Of a stretch of 64,000 nucleotides of DNA, positions 1 to 22,022 are shown in pieces; the stretch's first letter is position 1; each line of letters opens with the position of its first letter. The DNA is from Mytilus edulis. Its lineage: Eukaryota. The position numbers and the translations under genes are program-made. Where the stretch lies: positions 92,194,001 to 92,258,000 of the forward strand of contig NC_092347.1 of the NCBI RefSeq assembly GCF_963676685.1, written 5' to 3'. Below the pieces are notes generated by a model. It searched no databases. It was given only the letters and a program-made list of their open reading frames with translations, and had not been told where the DNA came from.

Positions 1-1569
1 TACATCTTTAAAGCACTTTTGCTATTAAAATCGTCAAACTTTATTGAAAAAGAGAAAACTGTTGATCTCCTGAAAACTAGTTTTTAAAGTGGTACATAAC
101 ACTACAGGGAGATAACTCTGTAAAATCAGCTGAATGTTTTAAACACAATCTATTTAAAAGCCCCTCAATGATTAAAATTAGTTTTTTCCAAATTGCTATA
201 TATCCAATGAAATTTTTCAGACAAAGTGTGTGGTTCATTTTTTGAAATTTTCATATTTTTTGTAATATAGTCAAAGTAAATATTTCGTCAAATTTTATGA
301 AAATTAAAGAGCCAAATTAATTTTAGTCAAGGTGTTAGGTACTACCTTAATGGCCTTGTTTTAGCTTTATCTCTTTGTATTACTTTTGTCATGGAAGCCG
401 TGTCAACTTATTAGTTAAGATATAAACAACAATTTTTAAAGAAGGCAGCCTCCTTTAGTGAAAATTATGGGCAAAGTTTTCCCAACTTGGCTCATTGCAT
501 TCATTGGAAATCATTTTGATAAAAAGATTGACAAATGATTACCAATTGATGGCAAAACCTCACAACTTACCTAGGGCTAGGTGTTAAAAACGATTATACT
601 TCGTATCATATCTCATACACAGGATAAATTTAATACAAGTGCTTAAATTAGTCCCTATAACAACAATTGAGCAGCATAGGATAGAAGTCAACATTATCCA
701 AATGAATATTCATACATCTGTTTAATTATTTTGCAGATTGAAAAAAATCTGTCTGGAAATTTTGTAATTGTTTGAAAATTGAGTTGACATAAAAATCCTA
801 CACAATATAACAACATTCACCTTTTATTTCGTATTTTAATGTTCCAAAACCAATCAAAGTATTATATATGTATATGTTTACATGGGGCACTTGCATAATG
901 TTGATTTCTATCTGATGTTGCTCATTTTATAAACAAATTGAATGATTAAGTCTCATTCCTCAATATATTCAAATTGTTTTCCTTGCAGAGGGAATAATAA
1001 ATTTCAAAAAATACATTATATGTACGAGCAATAACTGTTCAAGTTCAAGAAAACACTTTAAAATACATAAGAACAGTTATGAAGATAACCTGTTTGCACT
1101 AAAATATCATTGTCTTAAAATCTGACAATTAATCTTATAAGTAATTGTAACATTTACAGTAAAGCTCAAACCAGCATAATTTAAACACAAAAGGGATCTT
1201 CATTAGTCTATATGTGGGAAACCAATAATATTGTCATGTAAATTATAATAAACTAGAAAAACATGAACAGAGCTTAAAATGTATACCCTCTTAAATTTAT
1301 ATCACTGTTGCAAATTTATATCCCCCTTTTTGTATCAATATGGCAAAGTTTTGTAATGCAAAGGATCCAAAATTTATATTAAAAACAAAATAAGAGAAAG
1401 AGGATAAATGCCAATAGATATTAATTATTCCCCGATAATTTCAAGAAAATCCAGTCAGATCAGAACATGCAATTTGTGGATGGAAAGCCCCACATTTACA
1501 TTGATCAATATATCCCATACTTGACTTAATATGGGTATTAACTAACAGAAGGGAGTCAATAATTTGGTG

Positions 1570-10541
<8,972 letters not shown>

Positions 10542-10845
10542 TGTTTTGGTTTTTTCGATGTGCATCGGGATGAAAAACAAAAGTTGGAACCAGTCCCGAT
10601 CATTTCTTATATTTTGAATTATGAAATTCATTTTAAGAAATTAAAAATGTGTAAAATAATAAATAAAAAATACAAAGAATAATTTAATGAATACAAAATG
10701 AGCGAATTGTCTTCCAGCGTGTTTTAAACTTTTACTGGTCATTATTTTCACTTTTTGATGGAAAACTCAAGAAGTTACCCGAATACCGGAAGTAGACCAA
10801 AGTAAACGTAAACAGTAAAAAATGTTTTTGCACTGTTAATTGAAA
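10542..10845. promoter_or_regulatory. Shared bidirectional promoter region of AK6 and PARP16
   Basis: Only 304 bp separate the divergent ATGs (10541 minus, 10846 plus). An ETS/GABP-type motif ACCGGAAGT lies at 10785-10793. Confidence 0.65.
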
Positions 10846-13800
10846 ATGTCAAGTGAATCAGTTGACAAACACTCGTTGTTGAAAGATAAAATAAAGTGTG
10901 ACCCACTTTCAGCAGACTTGCAATGGAGCTTATTTGTTGGTGCTCTTCAAAGCTACAGATTCGACACAGTGCTTCGGCCCTTCCCACCATCATTTTGTTT
11001 AGATAATGGTGAAAAGGATATCAAACGATTGGTAATTCATAATATTGAGTTTTAATACTTTTTCAAAATACCTAAGTACATGACTGGGTTTTATAATGAG
11101 ACAAAGTTATGATGGTCAGGATCTCCATGACCTGTCATATGATGGTTAAAATATCTTCCGCCACCGTCAAATGACCTACTAGTCCAAATAATTGTAACCG
11201 GAGAGCACGAATTCATTACAAAATTGCTTGTCTCCACCGAGACTCGAACCCGGGGCTTCTGTGTTACAACGCAACGCGCTAACCGACTGAGCTAAAGAAG
11301 TACTTCCTTAGCTCAACCGCTTACGGCTGACTAAGTATCTACTAAGTTTTTCTAAGGGAAGCAATCCCGTCACACTTCCCCCACCTCAAGAGTCATTATA
11401 CTCTATAATGATGATATTTTAATCTTTTTTATATTTATATTTTAACCTGGCTAGGTAATTCTTCTAACTGTGGGTTATTATTGTTGGGCGCCAATGTAAC
11501 CGGAGAGCATGAATTTCATTACAAAATTGCTTGTCTCCACCGGGACTTTTACCCGGGACCTCTGTGTTACAAGGCAGCGCGCTAACCGACTGAGCTAAAG
11601 AAGTACTTCCTTAGCTCAACCGCTTACGGCTGACTAAGTATCTACTAAGTTTTTCTAAGGGAAGCAATCCCCGTCACATAATTATGACGTCTTTGAAATT
11701 GACTTATGCAATCCACATTTCCTGTTTTAAACACGTTCAAACCAGCGAATTATGACGTCTTGAAAGGCTATTATAATTTTTTTCTTTGACGCCTTACTTC
11801 AACAGTAAGATGTCAAAGAAAAAAATTATAATAGCCTTTTAAGACGTCATAATTATTTGGACTACAAATGACCCAGGAAATTAAATCGTCAAAATATTTT
11901 TTGCCTTAAAACTTCGTCAAATGATCCGCACCATTGTCAAAATTTATTTTCGTTTCTCTAGCTGGTGCCATTTTGCTTACCAATTGCATTTGATTTCTTA
12001 GGCTTTTTGTATTGTATTATTATCACTATAAATCCAAAGGGACCTCCTTGATACAGTTGATGAAAATACAATGAACATGATGAATGGTGAAAGTTGACAC
12101 CACTTATACTCTCATTCCACCAGACAGGCTATCAAGAAACATCAACACTAATAGATACGAAGTACCATCTTGTAGGACCGAAGTGTGGAAGGAATCTTTT
12201 TACCCAAGGACGATACGAGACTGGAATGCCCTACCACATCCACTGCCACCAATGCAGGTAGTCTTGAATGCTTCAAGACTTACATGTACCTACATGAGAT
12301 GAACTAGATCAACTCCAAGATGTTTTAAATTCACTGTATATATGATGTATAGCACAAATTTTTATCAATTATTACTTATTTCTTGTCAAAATTTTAAATG
12401 CACATCCAAAAGTGGCAAAATAATCAACTTATTGATGGTGGCCACTTATTGGTAGAAGCAGTTTAAAAGCCTTGAGGAATATCTGGCTAAAGATCGCTTA
12501 TCACTTGTACAGGTAGATGTACATGATATCTGACAGGAGAACAATTGATGAAGATAGATGATTGATTGCATATTTAATTATGTTTGACATGTTTGATATA
12601 TATAATGAAAATATAGATTAGAAAATAATTTTTTATCCAGTTACAAAGATAAAAGTTTAAAATGTCAAACACATGCTTTGAAATTGACTTATGCAATCCA
12701 CATTTCCTGTTTTAAACACGTTCAAAATAAAACAAAAAACAACATAATTATACCAGTTCTTCTTATTTATATTGTATTCAATTTAACATTGTGTAAAGAA
12801 TATCAGGAAACATTAATATTGTCCAACTGCATTTTCTGACTTTTTTAGAATCACACATGAATAATTTGCTTGAATCTATTGGTTTTGATTTTCTCATCAC
12901 AAATAATCTGATTGTGTATTGGTTCACCATGCATGTTCAAGGGTTGTGATGTTTTTAAATCTTAACTTTTTTCTGCGTATTTCAATATTGCTTAAGACCA
13001 AACCTATTTCTACATTCTGCTTTGATGAACATGATGAATGTTTATTTTTTGTCTAATTTATAGGTTTGAATAAGTTATTAACAATAAGATATTTTTTATC
13101 TGAAATTATTTGAAATATTTTATTTTCTCAATAGATATTTTTTCCAAATTCAAAGTAATTTATATAATAATGAGTACTATCATGACTAGTGATAAAGTTT
13201 ATCATAAACTGTCAATATTTTCTAATGATGAAAAGTAATTAACCTTAAATTAAAATCAGTGATCATATTCTTATATTCATGAGATATGAGAGAGAAATAC
13301 ATTTTGTACTTTCATGATATTGTAGAAACTAAAACTGTATCACCAACTCTGGAAATTGGTAATTAATTTTATATATATTGTACATTTTTTTTACATGTAT
13401 TGTGTTCCAATTATACTTTTTTAGGAGCAATGTGCAGATAAAGTTACCAGTTTACAAGATGTATTGAAAAAATCTGATATTTGTGAAGAAATCCTAGACC
13501 TTGTCTCATGGGTATTAGATAAGCAGTTTCAGATACGTTCTTCACAGGATATTGGAGTAAGTTGTAAAATAAAAATAACAAATCAAATCAGACTAATATG
13601 CATTTAATACATGGATAAATTAAGGAAACAAAGAATCACTATATATATTGGGAATGTAGTATAAAGTGTTACTAGCCTGGCTTAGCCTTCTGGTATTGTC
13701 AGTTTTACTGACTGCAATAAGTTAACTGGGATGTAAGGTACAATAATAATGAACTGTATGTATTTTCTGCTTTTAATACCTAATTGTTTGCTTTGAAATC

Positions 13801-16800
13801 ACACTCAGATGTTTCACCCATTTAGGCTGGCCAAATGCATTGACCACATCCAATAATAAATCAGGCAGTGCTTAGCATACATAGCATAATGCATTAAATT
13901 GTATTTTCAAATACAATGCTGCTTATTTAAAATGATATGTTTTGAACTTCAAAGCCTTCAAAAGCCTTCTTTATGTCCATTTATAATTAAAAACAAATGG
14001 TATGGAAGTAATTTTACCTACACAGTAGCTCGACATCTATCAACAGCTCAAATACTGTGCAACTTTTTACTACCAAAAAAAATTATATCACTAAGTTTAT
14101 CAGTCATGAAGTTTGATTTTCATGATTTTAGCTTTTCTCCTTGTTCAGTTAAAGCCCTTTCCCTAGAATTAAATTTTTGGATGAAATACTTATTTTAAAA
14201 TTACTAGATTTCTGTTCAAAGGGAAATAACTAATTATTTTAACTTTCCCTAGAATTAATTTTTTGATGAAATACTTATTAATAACATTGTACTAGATTTC
14301 TGTTCAATGGGAAATAACTATATTTTTTTAAAGATGCATTGTATTAAAATTTATGCCATTTTGGCTTTTTTTCCTATTCTTTAGTAAATAATGTTTTAAG
14401 AATTTAGTGTTATGTTAGCTCCATTACAATAATTTTTTAACTGGTAGGGGACTATGCATGTATTGCCATGCAATACTCACAGAATGCTTGTTTGAACCAA
14501 GTTAAACATATTTCCAGTTTTATTTTAAAAAGATACTGCAATTACATAATTATGTTCTGTTCAGTTGCCTTTTAAAGGGCAAATTATCTTGGTCATTGGC
14601 TTGAATTATAGAAGTGATTGCCCACTGAAGATTAGATTTTACATAATCTTATTTTTATTTTGTAGTTTGAGGAGCTGAAGAAATTGACCAAAGACACAGG
14701 TACTTGTACTAAGCCAGACTACATATTTGAAGTTTTACCCAGTGAATCAGCAAGAGCTGCCTTTGAAGCAAAAAGAGATGGGCGAGCACTGATGTATGCA
14801 TATCATGGAAGTAGATTTGAAAATTTCCATTCTATACTTCACAATGGGTTGATTTCACATATGAATAAGGTAAGGGAGCTACCATTTGATTTTTATGGGG
14901 AGGCTAGGATGAAATTTGAAAAAAATAGGCAGGACAGGAGTTTTGAGTAAAAAAAAAAGGCAGGATGAGACACTTTGCAAAAAAAAAGACAGGATGACAA
15001 TTTAGGTAAAAAAAGTCAGGATAAACTAATAAAAAGTGGCAGGACCGAATAGAGTGAAAAATAAAAAGGCAGGACAGAGATTACAACTAAAAAAAAATGC
15101 AGGACAAAATTTTTCATCCTAGCCCCCCCATAAATAGCAAATGGTAGCTCCCTAACAACTTTAAAAAAAGATGATACACTTACGATACACCAGGATTTTA
15201 CTTCAACATTAATAAGCATAATTCATTTCTGTTACAATTAATGAACTATCTAAGATCTACTCTCCCTTTTAAATCGTGAACAGTAGACTTACAGTTCACT
15301 TGTATTTGGTTGTTGTAATTTGTTTTAGAGACATAAAAGTGATGACATTTAGGCATGTTTTATCAGAGACATAAAAGTGATAACATGTAGGCATGTTTTA
15401 GAGACATAAAAGTGATAACATTTAGGCATGTTTTATCATGATAGATAATTTGTTTTAGAGACATAAAAGTGATAACATTTAGGCATGTTTTTATCAGAGA
15501 CATAAAAGTGATAACATTTAGGCATGTTTTATCAGAGTCATAAAAGTGATAACATTTAGGCATGTTTTAGAGACATAAAACTGTTTTATCATGGTAGATG
15601 ATTTGGAATGCACATCTGATATGATCAAACACACTAAAGAGCAATATTACTCCAGATTTGACTCAGGTTATGCAAATTTTACTCCAAAAAATTGAAAGTT
15701 TGATATTCAGTTTTCCTTACATTATGTATACTTTTGTTTTAAATATTTCATATACATGATATACATTTAAAACTTAATAAATCAATAGACAACTTTCGAG
15801 TTTGATGCATTTCCGTCAAAAACTCTCGTTTAAGTGAACATCATTTGTGCGTTTAGGGGCGTCGTCACTTCCATTCCAATGTTGAGCGAGTGGTTGGAAA
15901 ACTAGAATTCTGTATTGTACGAATTATTCGGAAAATTGGAATTCTCAAAATTGACAATCAGCATTGCTGTCATTAGGGAATTGTCATTAAGTACCTACAA
16001 AACAACCATTATTTCTAGTTTATCCTGCACAGTGACGATCACTAAGACGCTTGATGAACGTAAACAGTGCAGGGATACAGGCGACACCCTCTATCTGGTA
16101 AATGACGTCATAAAGGCGCGTATAATTGACGAGTTTTTTCCGGTGACGGATGAACTCGCAAGTGGTCTATTGTATTTTTCTGTTTTTCTAGATTTCTGTA
16201 TTTGGTGAAGGAACATATCTCTCCAGTGAATTGTCAGTGTCTTTACACTACAGTCCTATGGGTTTAGGCTGGGAACATAGTACTCTAGGCAAGAAAATCA
16301 GCTGTGTGGCCTTGTGTGAGATGATTGATGATTCAGCTGTTAAATGTCAAACAAAAACAGGTACTTTTTATACTAGAACATACTTTCATAACACTGATCT
16401 TCACCCATATCAAATTTAAGCAAGGGTATTTTTTGCAGAATCTTTTAGATTAGTTATTGGTATGACGTTGGCGTCATCGTCGTCCGAAGACACATTGGTT
16501 TTTATACAACCGCAAAAATTAAAAATTTTTGGTCGTATATTGGTATCACGTTGGTGTCGTCGTCGTCGTCCGAATACTTTTGGTTTTCGCACTATAACTT
16601 TAGTATAAGTCAATAGAAATCTATGGAATTTAAACACAGTTTATGACCACAAAAGAAAAGTTGGGATTGATTTTGGGAGTTTTGGTCCCAACAGTTTAGG
16701 AATTAGGGACCAAAAAGGGCCCAAATAAGCATTTTCTTGGTTTTCGCACTATAACTTTAGTTGAAGTTAATAGAAATCTATACACATGTATTTAGATTTT

Positions 16801-19134
16801 TGATTATAGGCCCAGTTTTCAGTTGGTCCAAATCGGTGTTGAAAATTAAACTTTGTTTGATTTCAACAAAAATTGAATATATGGGGTTCTTTGATATATG
16901 CTGAATCTAACCATGTATTTAGATTTTTGATATTTGGGCCCTGTTATCAAATTGGTCCATATTGAGGTCTAAAGGGTCCAAAATTGAACTTAATTTGGTT
17001 TCATCAAAAATTGAATTCTTTGGGTTCTTTGATATGCTGAATCTAACCATTTAATAGATTTTGGATATTGGACCATAATAGGTAAATGTCCAATTTAAAA
17101 TTTTTAAGTTCTTAGACCACATTCATTCTGTGTCAGAAACCTATGTTGTGTCAACTATTTAATCACAATCCAAATTCAGACCCGTATCAAGCTTGAATGT
17201 TGTGTCCATACTTGGCCCAACTGTTCAGGGTTCGAACTCTGCGGTTGTATAAAGCTGCGCCCTGCAGAGCATCTGGTTTATTGTTTAAAATTAGTTTTTT
17301 TTTCAAACCAAGCTTTTAGTGCTTTTTTCTTAACAAGAAGACTTCTCTGATCATTTCCCGATACTTACGACTTTCATTTAAAGATCATGATTGTCTTGAT
17401 TGTAGATGATAATCAGAACAGATCACGAGCTACAGGAAGCATGGCTGGAGAAGTTCCAGATAAATATTATGTTGTACAAAACAATGAAGTTATTAGGATC
17501 AAATATTTACTGGTTTATGCACAGAAATCTGCTCCTTCCAGGTAAGTTAAAATTATCTACAAATACAGAATTAGTCTAAAGTATCCAAGAAAGGATATCA
17601 TTTCTAGCTCACCTGGCCCAAAGGGCCAAATGAGCTTTTCCCATCACTTTGCGTCCGTCGTCTGTCGTCCGTCGTCGTTAACTTTTACAAAAATCTTCTT
17701 CTCTGAAACTACTGCGCCAAATTAAACCAAACTTGGCCACAATCATCATTGGGGTATCTAGTTTAAAAGATTTGTCCAGTGACCCGGCAAACCAACCATG
17801 ATGGCCGCCATGGCTAAAAATAGAACATAGGGGTAAAATGCAGTTTTTGGCTTATAACTCAAAAACCAAAGCATTTAGAGCAAATCTGTTATGTGGTAAA
17901 ATTGTTTATCAGGTCAAGATTTATCTGCCCTGAAATTTTCAGATGAATCGGATAACCTGTTGTTGGGTTGCTGCCCCTGCATTGGTAATTTTAAGGAAAT
18001 TTTACTGTTTTTGGTTATTATCTTGAATATTATTATATATAGAGAAAAACTGTAAACAGCAATAATGTTCAGCAAAGTAAGGTTTACAAATACGTCACAT
18101 GACGGAAATGGTCAATTGACCCCTTAAGGAGTTATTGTCCTTTATAGTCAATATTTAACAATTTTCATAAAATTTGTAAATTTTTCTAACATTTTCCACT
18201 GAAACTACTGGGCCAAGTTCATTATAGATAGAGATAATTGTAAGCAGCAAGAATGTTCAGTAAAGTAAGATGTACAAACACATCACCATCACCAAAACAC
18301 AATTTTGTCATGAATCCATCTGCTTCCTTTGTTTAATGTTCACATTAGACCAAGGTGAGCAACACAGGCTCTTTAGAGCCTCTAGTTTTAAAATCTATAA
18401 AAAGTGAAACCAATGGTATAACCTTTGCACCACTGCAGGTTAAATGTCACCATATTTTTGTGTATCAAACATGATAAGAGTTCCAGATATGTTACAATTA
18501 TTAACATTTTTTAACTTTGAATTAATATCAAACTAGTAAATTAGTTGTTCATGATAAAAGTTAGTCTAGAGAGGTATTTCAAGCAAAGCAAATAAGATAT
18601 GCTTGACATTCATACACAAATTAATTTCTAATTTGGTAAATATATTATGCATGTGGAAAAAATCGAATCATTTTAGAATTACATATTTAATTGAGTGACT
18701 ACAAAGTTGGCTTTATTTGTAAAGACAGCAAAGACCATGTTGTACAGTTATTTGAGCGACTACAGCACATCATGATATAATGAAATCATGAAGAGCAAAA
18801 ACCATATTCTCATTCAATTGTAAAGGTTAAGTCATAATATTACTAATTGGAAATACCAATGATATGTTTATGATAAAAAGAAATGCTTTGGCCTTGTACT
18901 ATCATTTCTGAGATAGAAAGCTTTAAAAAAAATATGTTTATTTCTTTTTGCCGACTAATAATCATAAGTTTTTTTTTGTTTTCCAGGTCACTGACAAGTT
19001 GCTGGGTGTCATGGTTACATCAACATAAGTTTGCTGTTATGATGTTCCTGTATATATTAATATTAGGACTAGTTGGACTAGCCAATTCTCGAACATTTAA
19101 ATATTATTTTAGAAAGTATTTTAAAGCAAGATAA
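10846..19134 (+). CDS. PARP16: Protein mono-ADP-ribosyltransferase PARP16 (ER tail-anchored ART); join(10846-11031, 13425-13556, 14666-14869, 16192-16360, 17406-17541, 18987-19134)
   Basis: Six exons with GT-AG ends and consistent phases total 975 nt = 324 aa. N-terminal helical domain ([25 protein letters not shown]), catalytic motifs [33 protein letters not shown] and VPDKYYVV (H-Y-Y triad), and a C-terminal transmembrane helix [18 protein letters not shown] followed by a basic tail. Confidence 0.95.
11193..11678 (-). mobile_element. TRIM (miniature LTR retrotransposon) with tRNA-derived LTRs
   Basis: Two direct repeats 11193-11374 and 11495-11678, both TG...CA, with a 4-bp TSD TAAT (11189-11192 / 11679-11682). 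On the minus strand the PBS TGGCGCCCAAC (11483-11493) follows the 5' LTR and the PPT AGGTGGGGGAAG (11375-11386) precedes the 3' LTR. The 120-bp interior is non-coding. Confidence 0.9.
11229..11302 (-). pseudogene. tRNA-derived cassette (Thr-TGT-like) inside the TRIM LTR; second copy at about 11532-11605
   Basis: Minus strand reads TAGCTCAGTCGGTTAGCGCG (A box, D arm), an anticodon loop ...TTGTAA..., and CCGGGTTCGAGTCTCGG (B box, T arm). The acceptor stem is imperfect. Confidence 0.7.
11748..11864. repeat. Palindromic MITE-like element whose left arm starts near 11180 and is interrupted by the TRIM
   Basis: AATTATGACGTCTT...TATTATAATTTTTTTCTTTGAC is the inverse of GTCAAAGAAAAAAATTATAATA...AAGACGTCATAATT. 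The right end TTATTTGGACTA matches TAGTCCAAATAA at 11180-11191. Confidence 0.7.
12060..12460 (+). mobile_element. 3' fragment of a CR1/L2-type LINE
   Basis: ORF 12084-12302 contains [21 protein letters not shown], the typical C-terminal ORF2 motif (SFFPRT-WN-LP) of these LINEs. Boundaries are approximate. Confidence 0.7.
14874..15152. mobile_element. PIF/Harbinger (Tourist-like) MITE inserted in the donor site of PARP16 exon 3
   Basis: TIR GGGAGCTACCATTTG / CAAATGGTAGCTCCC with a 3-bp TSD TAA (14871-14873 / 15153-15155) and internal GCAGGA repeats. Confidence 0.85.
15325..15580. repeat. Minisatellite of about 34-39 bp (AGAGACATAAAAGTGATAACATTTAGGCATGTTTT), about 7 copies
   Basis: Direct tandem copies are visible in PARP16 intron 3. 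Confidence 0.9.
16503..17278 (+). mobile_element. Non-autonomous Helentron-type element
   Basis: Subterminal IR TATACAACCGCA / TGCGGTTGTATA, a (GTC)n microsatellite near the 5' end, degenerate internal repeats and T-rich flanks. Confidence 0.65.
17605..18386 (+). mobile_element. Non-autonomous Helentron-type (DINE-1-like) element; a related decayed minus-strand copy lies at about 7980-8300
   Basis: 5' TAGCTCACCT with hairpin TGGCCC-AAA-GGGCCA, then a (GTC/GTCC)n microsatellite, then 3' AGGTGAGC followed by hairpin AGGCTCT-TT-AGAGCCT and a T-run. Confidence 0.75.
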
Positions 19135-19552
19135 TAAAGTACATGATTTGAAAAACAAAGCAATTTGTTTTGATGCAAAAAATCGCTTACAAAATTGTAA
19201 GTGCCTTATTGACACCTAAATACTATCTAGTCTCATATCTATGACATAAGCAATGCAGGAATCATGTTGTTGTTTGCCAGTTATGCATTTTTTTACCACT
19301 AGACAAAATACTATTGCTGGGGATTTATTTGTCTGTGCTAGCATTCCCAAAAGTTATTCTCCAGATTTCCCCTACTAAGACTTTATTGTATTTAATCAAT
19401 GGTTTATAAAGAAACTGTTTTCAGCTTCAAGTTCAACGATCATACTTTTTTATAATTGCATTAGTCATACATTGTCATAGTAGAGAGAAATTTTTTTTTA
19501 CATTGAAGAGAACTGTTTTTGATTGCTGATCATTTAATAATATACTATTCAT

Positions 19553-20075
19553 ATGATGAAGACATAATCTTTCAATCAGTTTAATTGAGGTCTGGAGCTG
19601 GCATGTCAGTTAACTGCTAGTAGTCTGTTGTTATTTATGTATTATTGTCATTTTATTTATTTTCTTTTGTTACATCTTTTGACATCAGACTCAGACTTCT
19701 CTTGAACTGAATTTTAATGTGCGTATTGTTATTCTTTTACTTTTCTGCATTGGCTAGAGGTATAGGGGGAGGGTTGAGATCTCATAAACATGTTTAACCC
19801 CGCCGCAATTTTGCGCCTGTCCCAAGTCAGGAGCCTCTGGCCTTTGTTAGTCTTGTATGATTTTAAATTTTAGTTTCTTGTGTATAATTCGGAGTTTAGT
19901 ATGACGTCCATTATCACTGTACTATTATGCATATTTTAGGGGCCAGCTGAAGGACACCTACGGGTGCGGGAATTCTCGCTACATTGAAGACCCATTGGTT
20001 GCCTTCGGCTGTTGTTTGCTCTATGGTCGGGTGGTTGTCGCTTTGACATATTCACCATTTCCTTTCTCAATTTTA
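19553..20075 (+). mobile_element. SINE-like interspersed repeat; inverted copy at about 29621-30148 and partial copy at about 8445-8680
   Basis: The same sequence of about 500 bp (core CCTGTCCCAAGTCAG...CTCTGGCCTTTGTTAGTCTTGTATGA, tail CCATTTCC..TCTCAATTTTAT) occurs three times in the window in both orientations. The SINE class is inferred. Confidence 0.7.
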
Positions 20076-22022
20076 TTTTAGCTTACTAAAACATGCTCAA
20101 TATGGCTTCAGAGGTTTTTTTATGGACATGGAAGGTAAGAGTCAGCAGATCTTAATCTGATAAAGCTGACAATGTCTTAATATATATCAACATAAACCTT
20201 GAGGTAAAAAGGTCTGTTAACCGTAGTAAAGTAGTGGTCACACAAAGTGAAGGATAGGTTATATAAAACTTATCAATTGACACCCTTAATAGATAGTGAA
20301 TTATATTATGACCTCTTTAGTCATACTCAATTTCAATTTTGTTGGGTTTGAGCATTCCTGAAGAGAGTAAATAATGAAAAGTGTTTGGATCTAGATTATA
20401 TTTACATGTACACAATATGGTTAGAACAATTGTTCTGGTAATCAGTGGCAGTGTTTTCCCCAAATATTTCATTTAGAATTCTGGTAAATAGAAATTTTAA
20501 ATACCATCTTGTTTCAAAAAATTATAGCATCACATTCATATCATAATCTATAAGAAAACCACTTCAGATAGCATCACATTCAAGAAATATAGCATCACAT
20601 TACCATGATGCTAAAAGGCCCTGGGGAGAACACTGAGTAAATTCGTAATTAATTTTTTATCTTTGAATGGTTCATTTTAATTTATTGCTAATCTGTGATA
20701 TAAACAAGACTCAAATGTATTAAATGTTGTGCATGTTTTTGTTTTAATATTGTATCATTAGTAATGGTATCAGTCTTATATTCGACATGAAGAGGATTAA
20801 AATTAGAAACCTACATAGCACACACCCAAATGATTCAAAGTAGTAAATGACTTCATTGTTACCTTTAGATTTGATTTTTTTGGTGAAAATAGGACTTTCA
20901 GTGGCAAGAAAACTTTGTCTTCTGAAATCTGTATACTACTGGCTAGTGGTTTGATTAAAACAACTATTTTATTGGTGTTACCATATCCCATTCTGTTCTT
21001 TTTAACTATATAACTAGAAAGCTCCTGTTTTCTCTTTTCTTGTATTTTTTGTATTTTTTTTTATTTATAATGTACATGTCTGTCTTATTTTTCAGTTATT
21101 TTCATATTTCAAACAAACAAAATTATAGATGATGATTATTACCAAAACAGAATCTGTTAATTACATATGCTAGCATATTGAGGCAATTCAGCCTTAGTAA
21201 GTCAAACAAATGTGTATGAACAGGAACTAATGAGAATACAGAATTTGAACAAGTCACTGAAGAGGCATTAATTAATGAAATGCTCATCTGGTGCAGTAAA
21301 ATATGTCCTAATGCTACTGATAAATGCATTTATTATACTTTAACTTAAAGATATCCAAAAGATATCCAGTTTGCTTCAAAGGGGGGTCTTCAAAGAGAGT
21401 AGGGGTATTTCAACTAATGTTGCTTTTAATAACCTGTTTAAATTAGCTTTAAATACCTTATTTAATACTACCTTAAAGTAGAAAAATGTTTATAAATGTT
21501 AATGTTAGATGCATTTATTATTTAAAATCTGTCACCTTAAATATAAGGAGATTAAGTTAATCAATTCCTGTACATGTGATGATTGATTGTTGGTGGCCTG
21601 GCAATGTGAGTTTTAACTGGGAATATTATACTAAGTATGATAGTCCCAGGATTTAACTACATTAGTTTATGTATTCACATTTTAACATAATGAATATTAC
21701 TTGTAGTGCAATGTAGTGCAATTTTTAGAACTCAAATTTAATAAAATGGAGAAGTTTAATACTGAAAAATGTACAACGTTTTGTGTTTTGTATTTCTGTT
21801 TGATTTGCGTTTTGCTTTTCTGTTTTGTTTTGTTTTTCTTTTTATTATTTCTAATTTGAAGACTTGTTCGTTTTGCATACTTCTTTTAGTTTGATTTGTA
21901 TTTGTATTGAGGACCATTTTAAGATATTTGGTTTTTAAGGGTTTGTGTTTTCTGTTGATGCTTTTTTTATAACACTTAAAATTCTTCTAAATATTGCCTG
22001 AAGAAATCATGTAAGACATATT

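Noticed and set aside
11229-11605. Two functional tRNA-Thr genes
   Set aside because: Acceptor and anticodon stems are imperfect, one B box is destroyed, and both lie inside TRIM LTRs.
20350-20390. CTGAAGA...GAAA as a second hammerhead
   Set aside because: There is no stem II pairing and no valid stem III or cleavage triplet. At best it is a decayed remnant.
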